Shown one piece after another: positions 20,602 to 30,354 of a stretch of DNA of 64,000 nt. Both the position numbers and the translations under genes were made by a program. Below the pieces are notes generated by a model that worked only from the letters and a program-made list of their open reading frames with translations, ran no database searches and was not told the DNA's origin. Origin of the DNA: Pseudomonadota bacterium. Its GTDB lineage: Bacteria; Pseudomonadota; Gammaproteobacteria; Burkholderiales; SG8-39. Each line of letters begins with the position of its first letter. Position 1 is the stretch's first letter. The DNA is taken from NCBI GenBank assembly GCA_040752005.1, contig JBFMFX010000002.1, positions 64,824 through 128,823 of the forward strand, given 5' to 3'.

Positions 20602-22464
20602 TTATATTCTGCGCAGCTTGCGCTCCGGCAGCGCGGCTCGGATCGCGCTCGCGATGCCCGGCGCGTCCAGCCCCACCGAGGCGAGCAGCTTCGCCGGATC
20701 GCCGTGCTCGATGAAGCGGTCCGGGAGCCCGAGCAGCAGCACGCGCCGCTCTAGCCCGAGCGCGGCGAGCGCCTCGCACACGGCGCTGCCCGCCCCCCCC
20801 ATCACCTGGTGCTCCTCGACCGTCACCAGCAGCTCGTGCGTGCGCGCGAGTTCCTCGACCAGCGCGGTGTCGAGCGGCTTCACGAACCGCATGTTCGCCA
20901 CCGTCGCGCCGAGCGCCTCGGCCGCCTCCAGCGCGGGCCTGAGCATCGAGCCGAAGGCGAGGATCGCGACGCGCGAGCCGCGGCGCCGGATCTCGCCTTT
21001 GCCGACCGGCAGCGCGCGCAATTCCTTCTCGATCGTCACGCCCGGGCCGGTGCCGCGCGGATAGCGCACCGCCGCCGGCCCGTCGAGCAGGAACCCCGTG
21101 GTGAGCATACGCCGGCATTCGTTCTCGTCCGCGGGCGCCATTACCACCAGATTCGGCACCGTGCGCAGGTACGCATAGTCGAACGCGCCGTTGTGCGTCT
21201 GGCCGTCGCCGCCGACGAGCCCCGCGCGGTCGAGCGCGAACAGCACCGGCAGGTTCTGGATCGCGACGTCGTGGATGAGCTGGTCGTAGCCACGCTGCAG
21301 GAACGTCGAGTAGATCGCGACCACCGGCTTGAAGCCCTCGCAGGCGAGCCCGGCGGCGAAGGTGACCGCGTGCTGCTCGGCGATCGCGACGTCGAAGTAG
21401 CGGTCCGGGAACTCTTCCGAGAAGCGCACCATGCCCGAGCCTTCGCGCATCGCCGGCGTGATGCCGATCAGACGGGGATCCGCGCGCGCCATGTCGCACA
21501 GCCAGTCGCCGAACACCTGGCTGTAGGTCGGCTTGCCGCTCGCCGCCTGCCGGATACCGACCGACGGATCGAACTTGCCCGGCCCGTGGTAGGCGATCGG
21601 ATCGTCCTCGGCGAGCTTGTAGCCGTGCCCCTTGCGCGTCACCACGTGCAGGAACTGCGGTCCGGAGAGCTTGCGGATGTTGGCGAGCGTCGGAATCAGC
21701 GTGTCCAGATCGTGGCCGTCGATCGGGCCGATGTAATTGAAGCCCAGCTCCTCGAACAGCGTGCCCGGCGTGACCATCCCCTTGACGTGCTCCTCGGCGC
21801 GGCGCGCAAGCTCCAGCATCCCCGGCACGCGCTTGAGCAGGTGCTCGCTCGCGCGCTTGGCGCTCGTGTACATGCGCCCCGAGAGCAGCCGCGCGAGGTA
21901 GTTGGTGAGCGCGCCCACCGGCGGCGAGATGGACATCTCGTTGTCGTTGAGGATGACGAGCAGGTCCACGTCCATCGCGCCGGCGTTGTTCATCGCCTCG
22001 TAGGCCATGCCGGCGCTCATCGCCCCGTCGCCGATCACGGCGATGCAGCGGCGCTTCTCGCCCTTTTTCTTCGCCGCCACCGCCATGCCGAGCGCCGCCG
22101 AGATCGAGGTCGAGGAGTGCGCGGTGCCGAACGCGTCGTAGGGCGACTCGCTCCGCCTCGGAAACCCGGAGATGCCGCCCAGCTGCCGCAGGGTCGCCAT
22201 CTTTTCGCGCCGTCCGGTGAGGATCTTGTGCGGGTAGGTCTGGTGGCCGACGTCCCAGACGATGCGGTCCTCGGGCGTGTCGAACACGTAGTGCAGCGCG
22301 ATGGTGAGTTCGACCGTGCCGAGATTGGACGACAGGTGCCCGCCGGTCTTCGACACCGATTCGAGCACGAAGGCGCGCAGCTCGTCGGCAAGCTGGCGCA
22401 ACTGCCGGCGATCGAGGCGCCGTAGGTCCGCCGGATCGTTCACCGTCCTGAGCAGCTCGTACAT
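20602..22464 (-). CDS. dxs: 1-deoxy-D-xylulose-5-phosphate synthase
   Basis: [15 protein letters not shown]...[21 protein letters not shown]...DVGHQ...[13 protein letters not shown]. 620 aa starting from ATG 22464; the tracked ORF extends spuriously to 23175. Confidence 0.96.
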   Translation of the reverse strand: MYELLRTVNDPADLRRLDRRQLRQLADELRAFVLESVSKTGGHLSSNLGTVELTIALHYVFDTPEDRIVWDVGHQTYPHKILTGRREKMATLRQLGGISGFPRRSESPYDAFGTAHSSTSISAALGMAVAAKKKGEKRRCIAVIGDGAMSAGMAYEAMNNAGAMDVDLLVILNDNEMSISPPVGALTNYLARLLSGRMYTSAKRASEHLLKRVPGMLELARRAEEHVKGMVTPGTLFEELGFNYIGPIDGHDLDTLIPTLANIRKLSGPQFLHVVTRKGHGYKLAEDDPIAYHGPGKFDPSVGIRQAASGKPTYSQVFGDWLCDMARADPRLIGITPAMREGSGMVRFSEEFPDRYFDVAIAEQHAVTFAAGLACEGFKPVVAIYSTFLQRGYDQLIHDVAIQNLPVLFALDRAGLVGGDGQTHNGAFDYAYLRTVPNLVVMAPADENECRRMLTTGFLLDGPAAVRYPRGTGPGVTIEKELRALPVGKGEIRRRGSRVAILAFGSMLRPALEAAEALGATVANMRFVKPLDTALVEELARTHELLVTVEEHQVMGGAGSAVCEALAALGLERRVLLLGLPDRFIEHGDPAKLLASVGLDAPGIASAIRAALPERKLRRI

Positions 22465-22547
22465 GGCCGGATTGTAGTCCCCAGCGCCCGCGGCGGCGCC
22501 GGGCGCCAGGCCGTCCGCGGCGCCGTCGCTGGCGAGCGCGGACGCCA

Positions 22548-23450
22548 TCAGAACTGCCTCAGCACGATGAAGTCGGCGAGCTGCACGAGCCGGCGGGCGC
22601 GCTCGCCGAAGCCTCCGAGCGCCGCCTGCGCCTCGCACCGCAGCTCCTCGGCGAAGGCGCGCGCACGCGCCACACCCATCGCCTGCACGTAAGTGGGTTT
22701 TCCCTGTTTCGAGTCCTTGCCGGCGGTCTTGCCCAGCGTCGCCGTGCTGGCAGCGGCATCGAGCACGTCGTCCACCACCTGGAACGCAAGGCCGATGCAC
22801 TTGGCGTAGCGGTCCAGGCGCGAACGCTCGGCTTCGGCGAGCGGCGCGCCGCACGCGGCGCCGAGCACGACCGCGGCCCGGATCAGCGCCCCGGTCTTGC
22901 GGATATGCATGAATTCCAGCTCGGGCAGTTCCAGGCGCCTGCCGGTGGATTCGAGGTCCACGGCCTGCCCGCCCGCCATGCCGCGCGAGCCGGCGGCGAG
23001 CGCGAGCGTGCGCACCATCTCGAGCTGCACGGCCGGATCGTCGGTGAGCCGGTGCTCGGCGAGCACCTGGAAGGCGAGCGACTGCAGCGCGTCGCCCGCA
23101 AGGAGCGCCGTCGCCTCGCCAAACTGGACATGCGCCGTCGGTTTGCCCCGCCGCAGCACGTCGTCGTCCATGCACGGCAGGTCGTCGTGCACCAGCGAGT
23201 AGGCATGGATCAGCTCGACCGCGGCGGCGGCGATCTCGAGGCGCTTCGCCTCCGCGCCGGCGAGTTCGCCGGCGGCGAAGACGAGCAGCGGCCGCACCCG
23301 CTTTCCGCCTTCGAGGGTCGCGTAGCGCATCGCCTCGTGCAGCCGCGACGGCGCGTGCTGCACCGCCGGCAGCAGCCTCGCGAGCGTCTCCTCTATCCTC
23401 GCCTGGACGGCACCCATCCAGGGAGCGAAATCCGACTCAGGCGTCTTCAC
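22548..23450 (-). CDS. ispA: Farnesyl diphosphate synthase
   Basis: Both Asp-rich motifs are present ([12 protein letters not shown] and FQVVDDVLD). Conserved xseB-ispA-dxs order. Confidence 0.93.
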   Translation of the reverse strand: MKTPESDFAPWMGAVQARIEETLARLLPAVQHAPSRLHEAMRYATLEGGKRVRPLLVFAAGELAGAEAKRLEIAAAAVELIHAYSLVHDDLPCMDDDVLRRGKPTAHVQFGEATALLAGDALQSLAFQVLAEHRLTDDPAVQLEMVRTLALAAGSRGMAGGQAVDLESTGRRLELPELEFMHIRKTGALIRAAVVLGAACGAPLAEAERSRLDRYAKCIGLAFQVVDDVLDAAASTATLGKTAGKDSKQGKPTYVQAMGVARARAFAEELRCEAQAALGGFGERARRLVQLADFIVLRQF

Positions 23451-23724
23451 GATCCTCGCGCGGGGTTTCCAGCGCGGCGGCGAGCGGCTTGAGCACCTCG
23501 CCTTCCAGTACCTGCACCTGCTGCTGCGCGGCCTCGAGCTTCTCGCGGCAGTACTTCGCCAGCTCCAGCCCGCGCTTGTGCGCGGCGAGCGACTGCTCGA
23601 GCGTCAGGTTGCCCGACTCCATCTGCGCCACGATGCGCTCCAGCTCCGCGAGCGCCTGTTCGAAGCTGGGACCGGCCGCGGACTGCTCGCCGGTTGCGGA
23701 ATTCTTGGACGAGGATTTGCTCAT
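23437..23724 (-). CDS. xseB: Exodeoxyribonuclease VII small subunit
   Basis: FEQALAELERIVAQMESGNLTLEQSL core. ATG at 23724. Overlaps the ispA start by 14 nt. Confidence 0.9.
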   Translation of the reverse strand: MSKSSSKNSATGEQSAAGPSFEQALAELERIVAQMESGNLTLEQSLAAHKRGLELAKYCREKLEAAQQQVQVLEGEVLKPLAAALETPREDREDA

Positions 23725-23811
23725 AGGGGACGCAAGCCGGCGGCCGGGGCGCGGCGCGCCTGACCTCGTGCGTATTGTACAATCCGCGCCCTTTTGGGCA
23801 TCCTCCGGCAC

Positions 23812-24909
23812 ATGTCAGACCTCGCCAGCTTCTCGCGCATCCAGCCCGCCCGGTGCCAGCTGCCGGTGGCGTGGTATTTCGACCCCGCGGTGTTCGAGCG
23901 GGAGAAACGGCTGCTCTTCGACGCCGGCGCCGAGTACATCGGTCACGAGCGCATGGTGCCCGAGCTGGGCGACTATCACACGCTCGAGTGGATGGACCAC
24001 GCCAGGGTCCTGGTGAGAAACGACTGCGGCGTGGCGCTGCTCTCCAACGTCTGCCGCCACCGCCAAGCGCTGATGCTGCAAGGCCGCGGCAATCTGCGCA
24101 ACATCGTCTGCCCGGCGCACCGCTGGACCTACGACCTGCGCGGCGAGCTGCTCGGCGCGCCGCACTTCGCCGAGAGTCCCTGCGTGCGGCTCGAGTCCAC
24201 GCCGCTCGTCCACTGGCACGGTCTGCTCTTCACCGGCTCGCGCGACGCGCGCGCCGACCTCGCCAGAATCGCCTGCGCGGCGGACTTCGATTTTTCCGGC
24301 TACGCGCTCGACCGCGTCGAGATCACCGACTACCGCTGCAACTGGAAGACCTTCATGGAAGTGTATCTGGAGGTCTACCACGTCGAGCCCTTCCATCCGG
24401 GACTGAGCAACTTCGCCGACGCCGCCGACTTCCGCGTCGAGTACACCGAGCGCACCTCGGTGCAGATCGTGGGCGCGAAGAACGGTCTCGCGGCGCCGGG
24501 CAGCCCGGTCTATCGCCGCTGGCACGAGCAGTGCCTCGCGCGCCTGCAAGGCAAGGCGCCGAAGTACGGCGCGCTGTGGGCGGCGTACTACCCCGGCCTC
24601 ATGCTGGAGTGGTACCCGGACGTGCGGGTGATCTCGAAGCTGATTCCGCGCGCGCCGGACCTCACCACCAACGTGGTCGAGTTCTATTACCCCGAGGAGA
24701 TCGTGCTCTTCGAGCGCGAGTTCGTCGAGGCGCAGCAGGCGGCCTACCGCGAGACCGCCGCCGAGGACGACGAGCTATGCCGGCGCATGGACCGCGGCCG
24801 CGCGGCGCTCTGGCGCGAGGGCCGCGACGACGCCGGTCCTTACCAGTCGCCGATGGAAGACGCGATGGTGCACTTCCACGAATGGGTGCGACGCGAACTG
24901 GGCGAGTAG
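23812..24909 (+). CDS. Rieske [2Fe-2S] non-heme-iron oxygenase alpha-subunit-like protein
   Basis: Rieske motif CRHRQ...(17 residues)...CPAHRW, and a mononuclear-iron motif EVYHVEPFHPG. Substrate unknown. Confidence 0.8.
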   Translation: MSDLASFSRIQPARCQLPVAWYFDPAVFEREKRLLFDAGAEYIGHERMVPELGDYHTLEWMDHARVLVRNDCGVALLSNVCRHRQALMLQGRGNLRNIVCPAHRWTYDLRGELLGAPHFAESPCVRLESTPLVHWHGLLFTGSRDARADLARIACAADFDFSGYALDRVEITDYRCNWKTFMEVYLEVYHVEPFHPGLSNFADAADFRVEYTERTSVQIVGAKNGLAAPGSPVYRRWHEQCLARLQGKAPKYGALWAAYYPGLMLEWYPDVRVISKLIPRAPDLTTNVVEFYYPEEIVLFEREFVEAQQAAYRETAAEDDELCRRMDRGRAALWREGRDDAGPYQSPMEDAMVHFHEWVRRELGE

Positions 24910-25733
24910 GGCCGCTCGTTTCCACCGAGGCGCTCGCCGCGCACCCGGACTGGCGAGTCTTCGACTGCCGCCACGATCTCGCCGACCCGGACGCGGGCGA
25001 ACGGCAATACCGGCAGGCGCACATTGCCGGCGCGCTGTTCGCCCACCTCGACCGCGACCTCTCGGCGCCGAGGACCGGAACGAACGGACGCCACCCGCTG
25101 CCCGCTTTCGACACCTTCGTCGCGTGGCTCGGCCGGCAGGGACTCAGGCCCGAGGACACCGTCGTGTGCTACGACGCCGGCTCCGGGGCGATGGCGGCGC
25201 GGCTCTGGTGGATGCTGCGCTGGGCGGGACACGAGAACGTCGCGGTGCTCGACGGAGGGTTCGCGAAGTGGCTGCGCGAAGGCCGGCCGGTGACCGCGCA
25301 GGTGCCGGCGTTCGCGCCGACCGTCTACCCGGGACGCGAGCGAAAGGACATGGCGGTGGACGTCGCCTGGATGGAGGCGAACCTCGGCCGCGCGCTGCTC
25401 GTGGACGCGCGCGCGCCGGCGCGCTTTCGGGGCGAAGCCGAGCCGATTGACCCGGTGGCCGGGCACATCCCCGGTGCGGTCAACCGCTTCAACAACGACA
25501 ACCTCACCCCCGAGGGCACGTTCAAGGACCCCGCGACGCTGCGACGCGCGTTCGAAAAGGCGCTCGCCGGACGCGCGCCGCAGGAAGTGGTGAATTACTG
25601 CGGCTCCGGAGTTTCCGCCTGCCACAACCTGCTGGCGATGGAGATCGCGGGGCTCTCGGGCGCGAAGCTCTACCCGGGGTCGTGGAGCGAATGGATCGCG
25701 GACCCCCGGCGGGCGATCGCGCGGGGGGAGTAA
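24882..25733 (+). CDS. sseA: 3-mercaptopyruvate/thiosulfate sulfurtransferase (tandem rhodanese)
   Basis: Two rhodanese domains with the active-site loop NYCGSGVSACH. The ATG at 24882 gives about 283 aa and overlaps the Rieske gene by 28 nt. Confidence 0.85.
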   Translation: MGATRTGRVGPLVSTEALAAHPDWRVFDCRHDLADPDAGERQYRQAHIAGALFAHLDRDLSAPRTGTNGRHPLPAFDTFVAWLGRQGLRPEDTVVCYDAGSGAMAARLWWMLRWAGHENVAVLDGGFAKWLREGRPVTAQVPAFAPTVYPGRERKDMAVDVAWMEANLGRALLVDARAPARFRGEAEPIDPVAGHIPGAVNRFNNDNLTPEGTFKDPATLRRAFEKALAGRAPQEVVNYCGSGVSACHNLLAMEIAGLSGAKLYPGSWSEWIADPRRAIARGE

Positions 25734-25739
25734 CCCCCT

Positions 25740-26108
25740 TTGGCCGCCGACGCGCTTCTGGTCGTTCACTTTGCGATCGCGGCCTTCATCGCCGCGGGAC
25801 TTCCGCTCACCTGGATCGGCGCGGCGGCGCGATGGCGATGGGTGCGCAATCCGTGGTTCCGCTATTCTCACCTCGGCGCGATCGTGTTCGTCGCCGCGGA
25901 GGCGCTGCTCGGCTACGCGTGTCCGCTCACCGTCTGGGAAGATCTGCTGCGCGGCGGCGTGCGGCCGGAGTCCTTCGTCGGCCGCTGGGTGTACCGGCTG
26001 CTCTACTACGACGCCCCCGAGTGGGTGTTCACGACGATCTACGTCGCATGGGCGGCGGCAACGCTCGTCACCCTGCGGCTTTTGCCGCCCAGGCGAAGAG
26101 CTGGCTGA
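25740..26108 (+). CDS. DUF2784 membrane protein
   Basis: 122 aa with hydrophobic helices and a CPLTVWEDLLR motif. Confidence 0.65.
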   Translation: MAADALLVVHFAIAAFIAAGLPLTWIGAAARWRWVRNPWFRYSHLGAIVFVAAEALLGYACPLTVWEDLLRGGVRPESFVGRWVYRLLYYDAPEWVFTTIYVAWAAATLVTLRLLPPRRRAG

Positions 26109-26961
26109 AGACTTCCTCCCGGATTCTGCGCCGCGAAAGCACGAGATCGTGCGGCGCGCCGGGGAAGGCGAGCACGCGCACGTCGCCCCCGAGCGCGTGC
26201 GACCAGCGCGCGCAGTCGCGCCAGTCGAGGATGATGTCGGCTTCGTCCGAGTGCATCGAGAGCACCGGGATCGCCAGGCCCAGGCCGGCGTGCACCCGGG
26301 CGTGCGCGGCGAATATCGCCCTCACCCATCCCGCGTACGCCGGAAATCCGTGCAGCGGCTTGAGCGCCAGATTGAAGTCCCATTCGCCGCCCCAGTTGCG
26401 GTGCAGGCTCTTCACATAGGCGGGAGAGACCGCCTTCGGGTCGTTCAGGAACGGAAAGCGCGCGCCGAGCGCCGCCGCCAGACGCAGCTTCGCCCGGCGC
26501 AGCCCGCGCGAGCGCCAGTCGAAGAACGGGCTGTTCAGCCACAGCGCGCGCACGAGGTCGCGCCGTACGCCCTGCGCCGCGTAGAGCGCGCAGACGAGAC
26601 CCCCGGTCGAGTGGCCGGCGAGCAGCACTGGCCGGCCGATCGCCTCCAGCGCCCGCGTGAGGTCGGCGAAGTACTCGGCGAGGTCCTTGCAGAAGCACGG
26701 ATGCTGGTGCGGCCGCAGCGACCGTCCGTGCTTTCTCAGGTCGAGCGCGTAAAACGCCCACCCTTCCGCGGCGAAGCGCTCGGCCATGTGGCGCTGGAAG
26801 AAATAATCTATAAAACCGTGCACATACAGCACCGCGCGCGCGGCCTGGGCGGGCGGCAGCCGCACCAGCGTCGCCACGACCGGCCCGTCGTAATCCGGCG
26901 GCTGCGCGATCTCCAGCGCCTCGAAGCCGGCCAGCTCCGTGTCAGGCCGCCACGCGCTCAT
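26068..26961 (-). CDS. Alpha/beta hydrolase (lysophospholipase-like)
   Basis: HGFIDYF..., nucleophile elbow GHSTGG, and C-terminal FPGAPHD. ATG at 26961. Confidence 0.8.
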   Translation of the reverse strand: MSAWRPDTELAGFEALEIAQPPDYDGPVVATLVRLPPAQAARAVLYVHGFIDYFFQRHMAERFAAEGWAFYALDLRKHGRSLRPHQHPCFCKDLAEYFADLTRALEAIGRPVLLAGHSTGGLVCALYAAQGVRRDLVRALWLNSPFFDWRSRGLRRAKLRLAAALGARFPFLNDPKAVSPAYVKSLHRNWGGEWDFNLALKPLHGFPAYAGWVRAIFAAHARVHAGLGLAIPVLSMHSDEADIILDWRDCARWSHALGGDVRVLAFPGAPHDLVLSRRRIREEVFSQLFAWAAKAAG

Positions 26962-27994
26962 GCCGTGCAAGCGCCCAGCGCACATGCTCGCGCACCAGCG
27001 CCGAAGGGTGGTTCTCGCGCGCCCGCAGCGCGGCGAGCACCTCGGGCGAGGTGGGCGCGTTGCCCAGGCCCACCGCAAGGTTGCGCAGCCACCGCTCATA
27101 GCCGATGCGCCGGATCGGCGAGCCGCGCAGGCGCCGGTCGAACTCTTCCTCGGTCCAGCCGAACAGCTCGACGAGCGTCGCGCGGTCCAGCCGGTTGCGC
27201 GGCAGGAAATCGGGCTCGGCCGTGAGGCGCGCGAAGCGGTTCCACGGGCACACCAGCTGGCAGTCGTCGCAGCCGTACACGCGGTTGCCGATGAGCGGCC
27301 GCAGCTCCTCCGGAATCGCGCTCCTGTGCTCGATGGTGAGGTACGAGATGCAGCGGCGCGCATCGAGCCGGTACGGGCCGCGGATCGCCCGCGTCGGGCA
27401 GATCTCGATGCACCTCTCGCAGGTGCCGCAGTGCTCGCTTGCCGGCGAATCGGCCGGCAGCGGCAGGCTGGTATAGATCTCGCCGAGGAAAAACCAGGAA
27501 CCCGCGTCGCGCGAAAGCGCGAGCGTGTGCTTGCCGCGCCAGCCGATTCCAGCCTTCACCGCCAGCTCCACCTCCAGCACCGGCGCGGAGTCGCAAAGCA
27601 CGCGATGCCCGAACGGCCCGACCTCGGACTCGATGCGCGCGCAGAGCTTGCGCAGCCGCGCGCGGATCACCTTGTGGTAGTCGCGCCCGCGCGCATAGCG
27701 CGCGATGTAGGCGCGCGCGCCGTCGGCGAGCGCCGGCCACTCGTCCTCCAGTGTCGGCGCGTAGTCCATCCGGCAGGCGATCACCCGCAGCGTCCCGGGA
27801 GCAAGCTCGGCCGGACGGGCGCGGAGCGCGCCGTGGCGGGCCATATAATCCATCTCCCCGTGCCAACCCAGGGCGAGCCATTCGGCGAGCCGGCCTTCGG
27901 CCGCCGACAGGTCGGCGTCCGCGATGCCGATCGCCTGGAAGCCGAGTTCGGCGCCCCAACGCCTGATCCGCTCCGCAAGCGCCGCGTAATCCAT
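26942..27994 (-). CDS. queG: Epoxyqueuosine reductase
   Basis: Two 4Fe-4S ferredoxin motifs (CGTCERCIEICPT, CDDCQLVCPWN) and HGEMDYM. ATG at 27994. Confidence 0.92.
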   Translation of the reverse strand: MDYAALAERIRRWGAELGFQAIGIADADLSAAEGRLAEWLALGWHGEMDYMARHGALRARPAELAPGTLRVIACRMDYAPTLEDEWPALADGARAYIARYARGRDYHKVIRARLRKLCARIESEVGPFGHRVLCDSAPVLEVELAVKAGIGWRGKHTLALSRDAGSWFFLGEIYTSLPLPADSPASEHCGTCERCIEICPTRAIRGPYRLDARRCISYLTIEHRSAIPEELRPLIGNRVYGCDDCQLVCPWNRFARLTAEPDFLPRNRLDRATLVELFGWTEEEFDRRLRGSPIRRIGYERWLRNLAVGLGNAPTSPEVLAALRARENHPSALVREHVRWALARHERVAA

Positions 27995-28466
27995 GAATGC
28001 CGAGCTTAGCCTGCCGGACGAAGCCGCCACGCTGCGGCTGGGCGCCGCGCTCGCCGAGGGCGCGCGCGGCGGGCTGGTGCTGCACCTTTCCGGAGAGCTC
28101 GGCACCGGCAAAACCACCCTGGTGCGCGGGCTGCTCGAATCTCTCGGCCACCGCGGCCGGGTGCGAAGCCCGACCTACACCTTGGTTGAACCTTACATCT
28201 TTTCGAGGTTACACTTCTATCACTTTGATTTCTATCGAATCAAAGGCGAGGCGGAATGGCTGAGCTCGGGGTTTCAGGAGCATTTCGGCCCGGAGGCGCT
28301 CTGCGTTGTCGAGTGGCCGGAGCGGGCCGGGAGCGCGCTTCCGCCGCCGGATGTGTTGATCCGGCTGGAGCATGCAAACGGCGGCCGGCTCGCCCGGCTT
28401 TCCACGCACTCGCCTGCGGGCGAAGCCTGGCTCGCCGCGGCCTTGTCGCGCTGGCGCTCGTCCTAG
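27993..28466 (+). CDS. tsaE: tRNA t6A37 biosynthesis ATPase TsaE
   Basis: Walker A GELGTGKTTLVRG, SPTYTLVEPY, and HFDFYR. Confidence 0.92.
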   Translation: MNAELSLPDEAATLRLGAALAEGARGGLVLHLSGELGTGKTTLVRGLLESLGHRGRVRSPTYTLVEPYIFSRLHFYHFDFYRIKGEAEWLSSGFQEHFGPEALCVVEWPERAGSALPPPDVLIRLEHANGGRLARLSTHSPAGEAWLAAALSRWRSS

Positions 28467-29689
28467 GCGCCGCCGAGGCGTTCGCGCAGGCGCAAATCAC
28501 CTCGGCGCGGATTTGGCCGGCGCGCGATTACACCCGCGTCACCCTGGAGTCGCCCGTCGAGCTGCGCTTCAGCGTCTTCACCGTCAAGGATCCGGAGCGG
28601 CTGGTGGTGGATGTCGAGGGCGCGGTGATGACCCCGGCGCTGGCGGAGCTTCAGGACAAGGTCGTGCCCGGGGATCCCTACATCGAGAAGCTGCGCGTCG
28701 GGCGCAACCGCCCCAGCGTCATCCGCATCGTGCTCGACCTGAAGACGGAGGTGAAGCCGCAGGTCTTCACGCTCAAGCCGGTTGCCGATTACGGGCACCG
28801 GTTGGTGCTTGACCTCTACCCGGCGGTGCCGCCGGATCCGCTGGCGCTGCTGATCGAATCCGGCGGCAAGCTCGCGCCGCAGGCGCCGCGCGAGGAGGCG
28901 AGGCCCGCCGCCCCGGCCGAGGCACCGCCGCCGCCGGCGAAGGCGGGCGTCGCGCGGCTTGCGACCATCGTGATTGATCCGGGCCACGGCGGCGAGGACC
29001 CGGGCGCGATCGGCCGCCACGGCTCGCAGGAAAAGGACATCACGCTGATGATCGCGCGGCGGCTGAAGGCCCTGGTGGACGAGGAACCCGACCTGCGCGC
29101 GGTGCTCACGCGCGACGGCGACTACTATCTGCCGCTGCACGTGCGCGTGGACAAGGCGCGCCGGCTGCGCGCCGACTTGCTCGTCTCGATTCACGCCGAC
29201 GCGTTTTTGCGCCCGCACGCGCGTGGCTCGTCGGTGTACGCGCTCTCGGAGCGGCGTGCGACCTCGGAGGCGGCGAAATGGCTCGCGCGGCGCGAGAACG
29301 ACGCCGACCTGGTCGGCGGCGTCAATCTCGACGTCAAGGACCGGTATCTCGCGCAGACGCTGCTCGATCTGTCGCAGACGGCGACGATCGACCACAGTCT
29401 GAAGCTCGGCCACGCGGTGCTCGCCGAGCTCGGACAGGTGAACTCTCTGCACAAGGCGCGCGTCGAGCAGGCGAGCTTCGCGGTGCTCAAGGCCCCCGAC
29501 GTGCCCTCGATCCTGGTCGAGACCGCGTTCATCTCGAACCCGGAGGAAGAAAAGCGCCTGAACGACGAGGCCTACCGCGAGCGCATCGCGCGCGCCATTC
29601 TCGCCGGCATCAAGCGCTATCTCGCGCGGCATCCGCCGCGGCCCGGCCCGATGACCGCGACGCCGCCCTCAGCCGTGGCGCTGAACTGA
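28256..29689 (+). CDS. amiC: N-acetylmuramoyl-L-alanine amidase (AmiC-like, AMIN + Amidase_3); start uncertain
   Basis: Tat-like signal ARRGLVALALVLGAAEAFAQ, an AMIN domain, and an Amidase_3 core (IDPGHGGEDPGA, SIHADA). Candidate starts are ATG 28256, GTG 28313 and CTG 28427. Confidence 0.85.
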   Translation: MAELGVSGAFRPGGALRCRVAGAGRERASAAGCVDPAGACKRRPARPAFHALACGRSLARRGLVALALVLGAAEAFAQAQITSARIWPARDYTRVTLESPVELRFSVFTVKDPERLVVDVEGAVMTPALAELQDKVVPGDPYIEKLRVGRNRPSVIRIVLDLKTEVKPQVFTLKPVADYGHRLVLDLYPAVPPDPLALLIESGGKLAPQAPREEARPAAPAEAPPPPAKAGVARLATIVIDPGHGGEDPGAIGRHGSQEKDITLMIARRLKALVDEEPDLRAVLTRDGDYYLPLHVRVDKARRLRADLLVSIHADAFLRPHARGSSVYALSERRATSEAAKWLARRENDADLVGGVNLDVKDRYLAQTLLDLSQTATIDHSLKLGHAVLAELGQVNSLHKARVEQASFAVLKAPDVPSILVETAFISNPEEEKRLNDEAYRERIARAILAGIKRYLARHPPRPGPMTATPPSAVALN

Positions 29690-30316
29690 GCGCGCCCGCG
29701 CCCAGGCCCAGAACCCGGGGCTCGCCGACGCGAGCACGATTCCGATCAGCACCACGGTGAGATTGTCCTTCACCGCCGGGATGTTGCCGAAGAAGTAGCC
29801 GGCGGAGCACAGCGACACCACCCACAGCAGCGCGCCGGCGACGCAGAACGCGAGGTAGCGCGCGTACGGCATCGTCGCCACGCCGGCGACGAACGGCACA
29901 TAAGTGCGCACGATCGGCACGAAGCGCGCGAGGAGGATCGTCTTGCCGCCGTGGCGCTCGTAGAAGTCGTGCGCGCGCGCCAGGTGCCGGGGGTTGAACC
30001 AGCGCGAGCGCTCGTAGTGAAACACCTTCGGGCCGGCCCAGCGGCCGACGAAGTAGTTGACGTTGTCGCCGCAGAGCGCGGCGATCGCCAGCGTCGCCAT
30101 CACCGCGCCGATGTCCATGCCGCCGGCGGCGGCGAGCGTGCCGGCGACGAAGAGCAGCGAATCCCCCGGCAGGAACGGGGTCACCACGAGACCCGTCTCG
30201 CAGAACACGATCGCGAACAGCAGCGCGTACACCCAGCGGCCGTGCTCGGCGACGAAGGCGGCGAGATTGCGGTCGAGGTGCACGGCGAAGTCCCACAGCG
30301 CCGCGATCCATTCCAT
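29669..30316 (-). CDS. DedA family membrane protein
   Basis: 215 aa with typical DedA motifs (FCETGLVVTPFLPGDSLLF, RFVPIVRTYVPFVAG). Confidence 0.88.
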   Translation of the reverse strand: MEWIAALWDFAVHLDRNLAAFVAEHGRWVYALLFAIVFCETGLVVTPFLPGDSLLFVAGTLAAAGGMDIGAVMATLAIAALCGDNVNYFVGRWAGPKVFHYERSRWFNPRHLARAHDFYERHGGKTILLARFVPIVRTYVPFVAGVATMPYARYLAFCVAGALLWVVSLCSAGYFFGNIPAVKDNLTVVLIGIVLASASPGFWAWARARSVQRHG

Positions 30317-30354
30317 CGGCCGATTGTAGCCGGGTGCGCCGATATAATCGTTCG

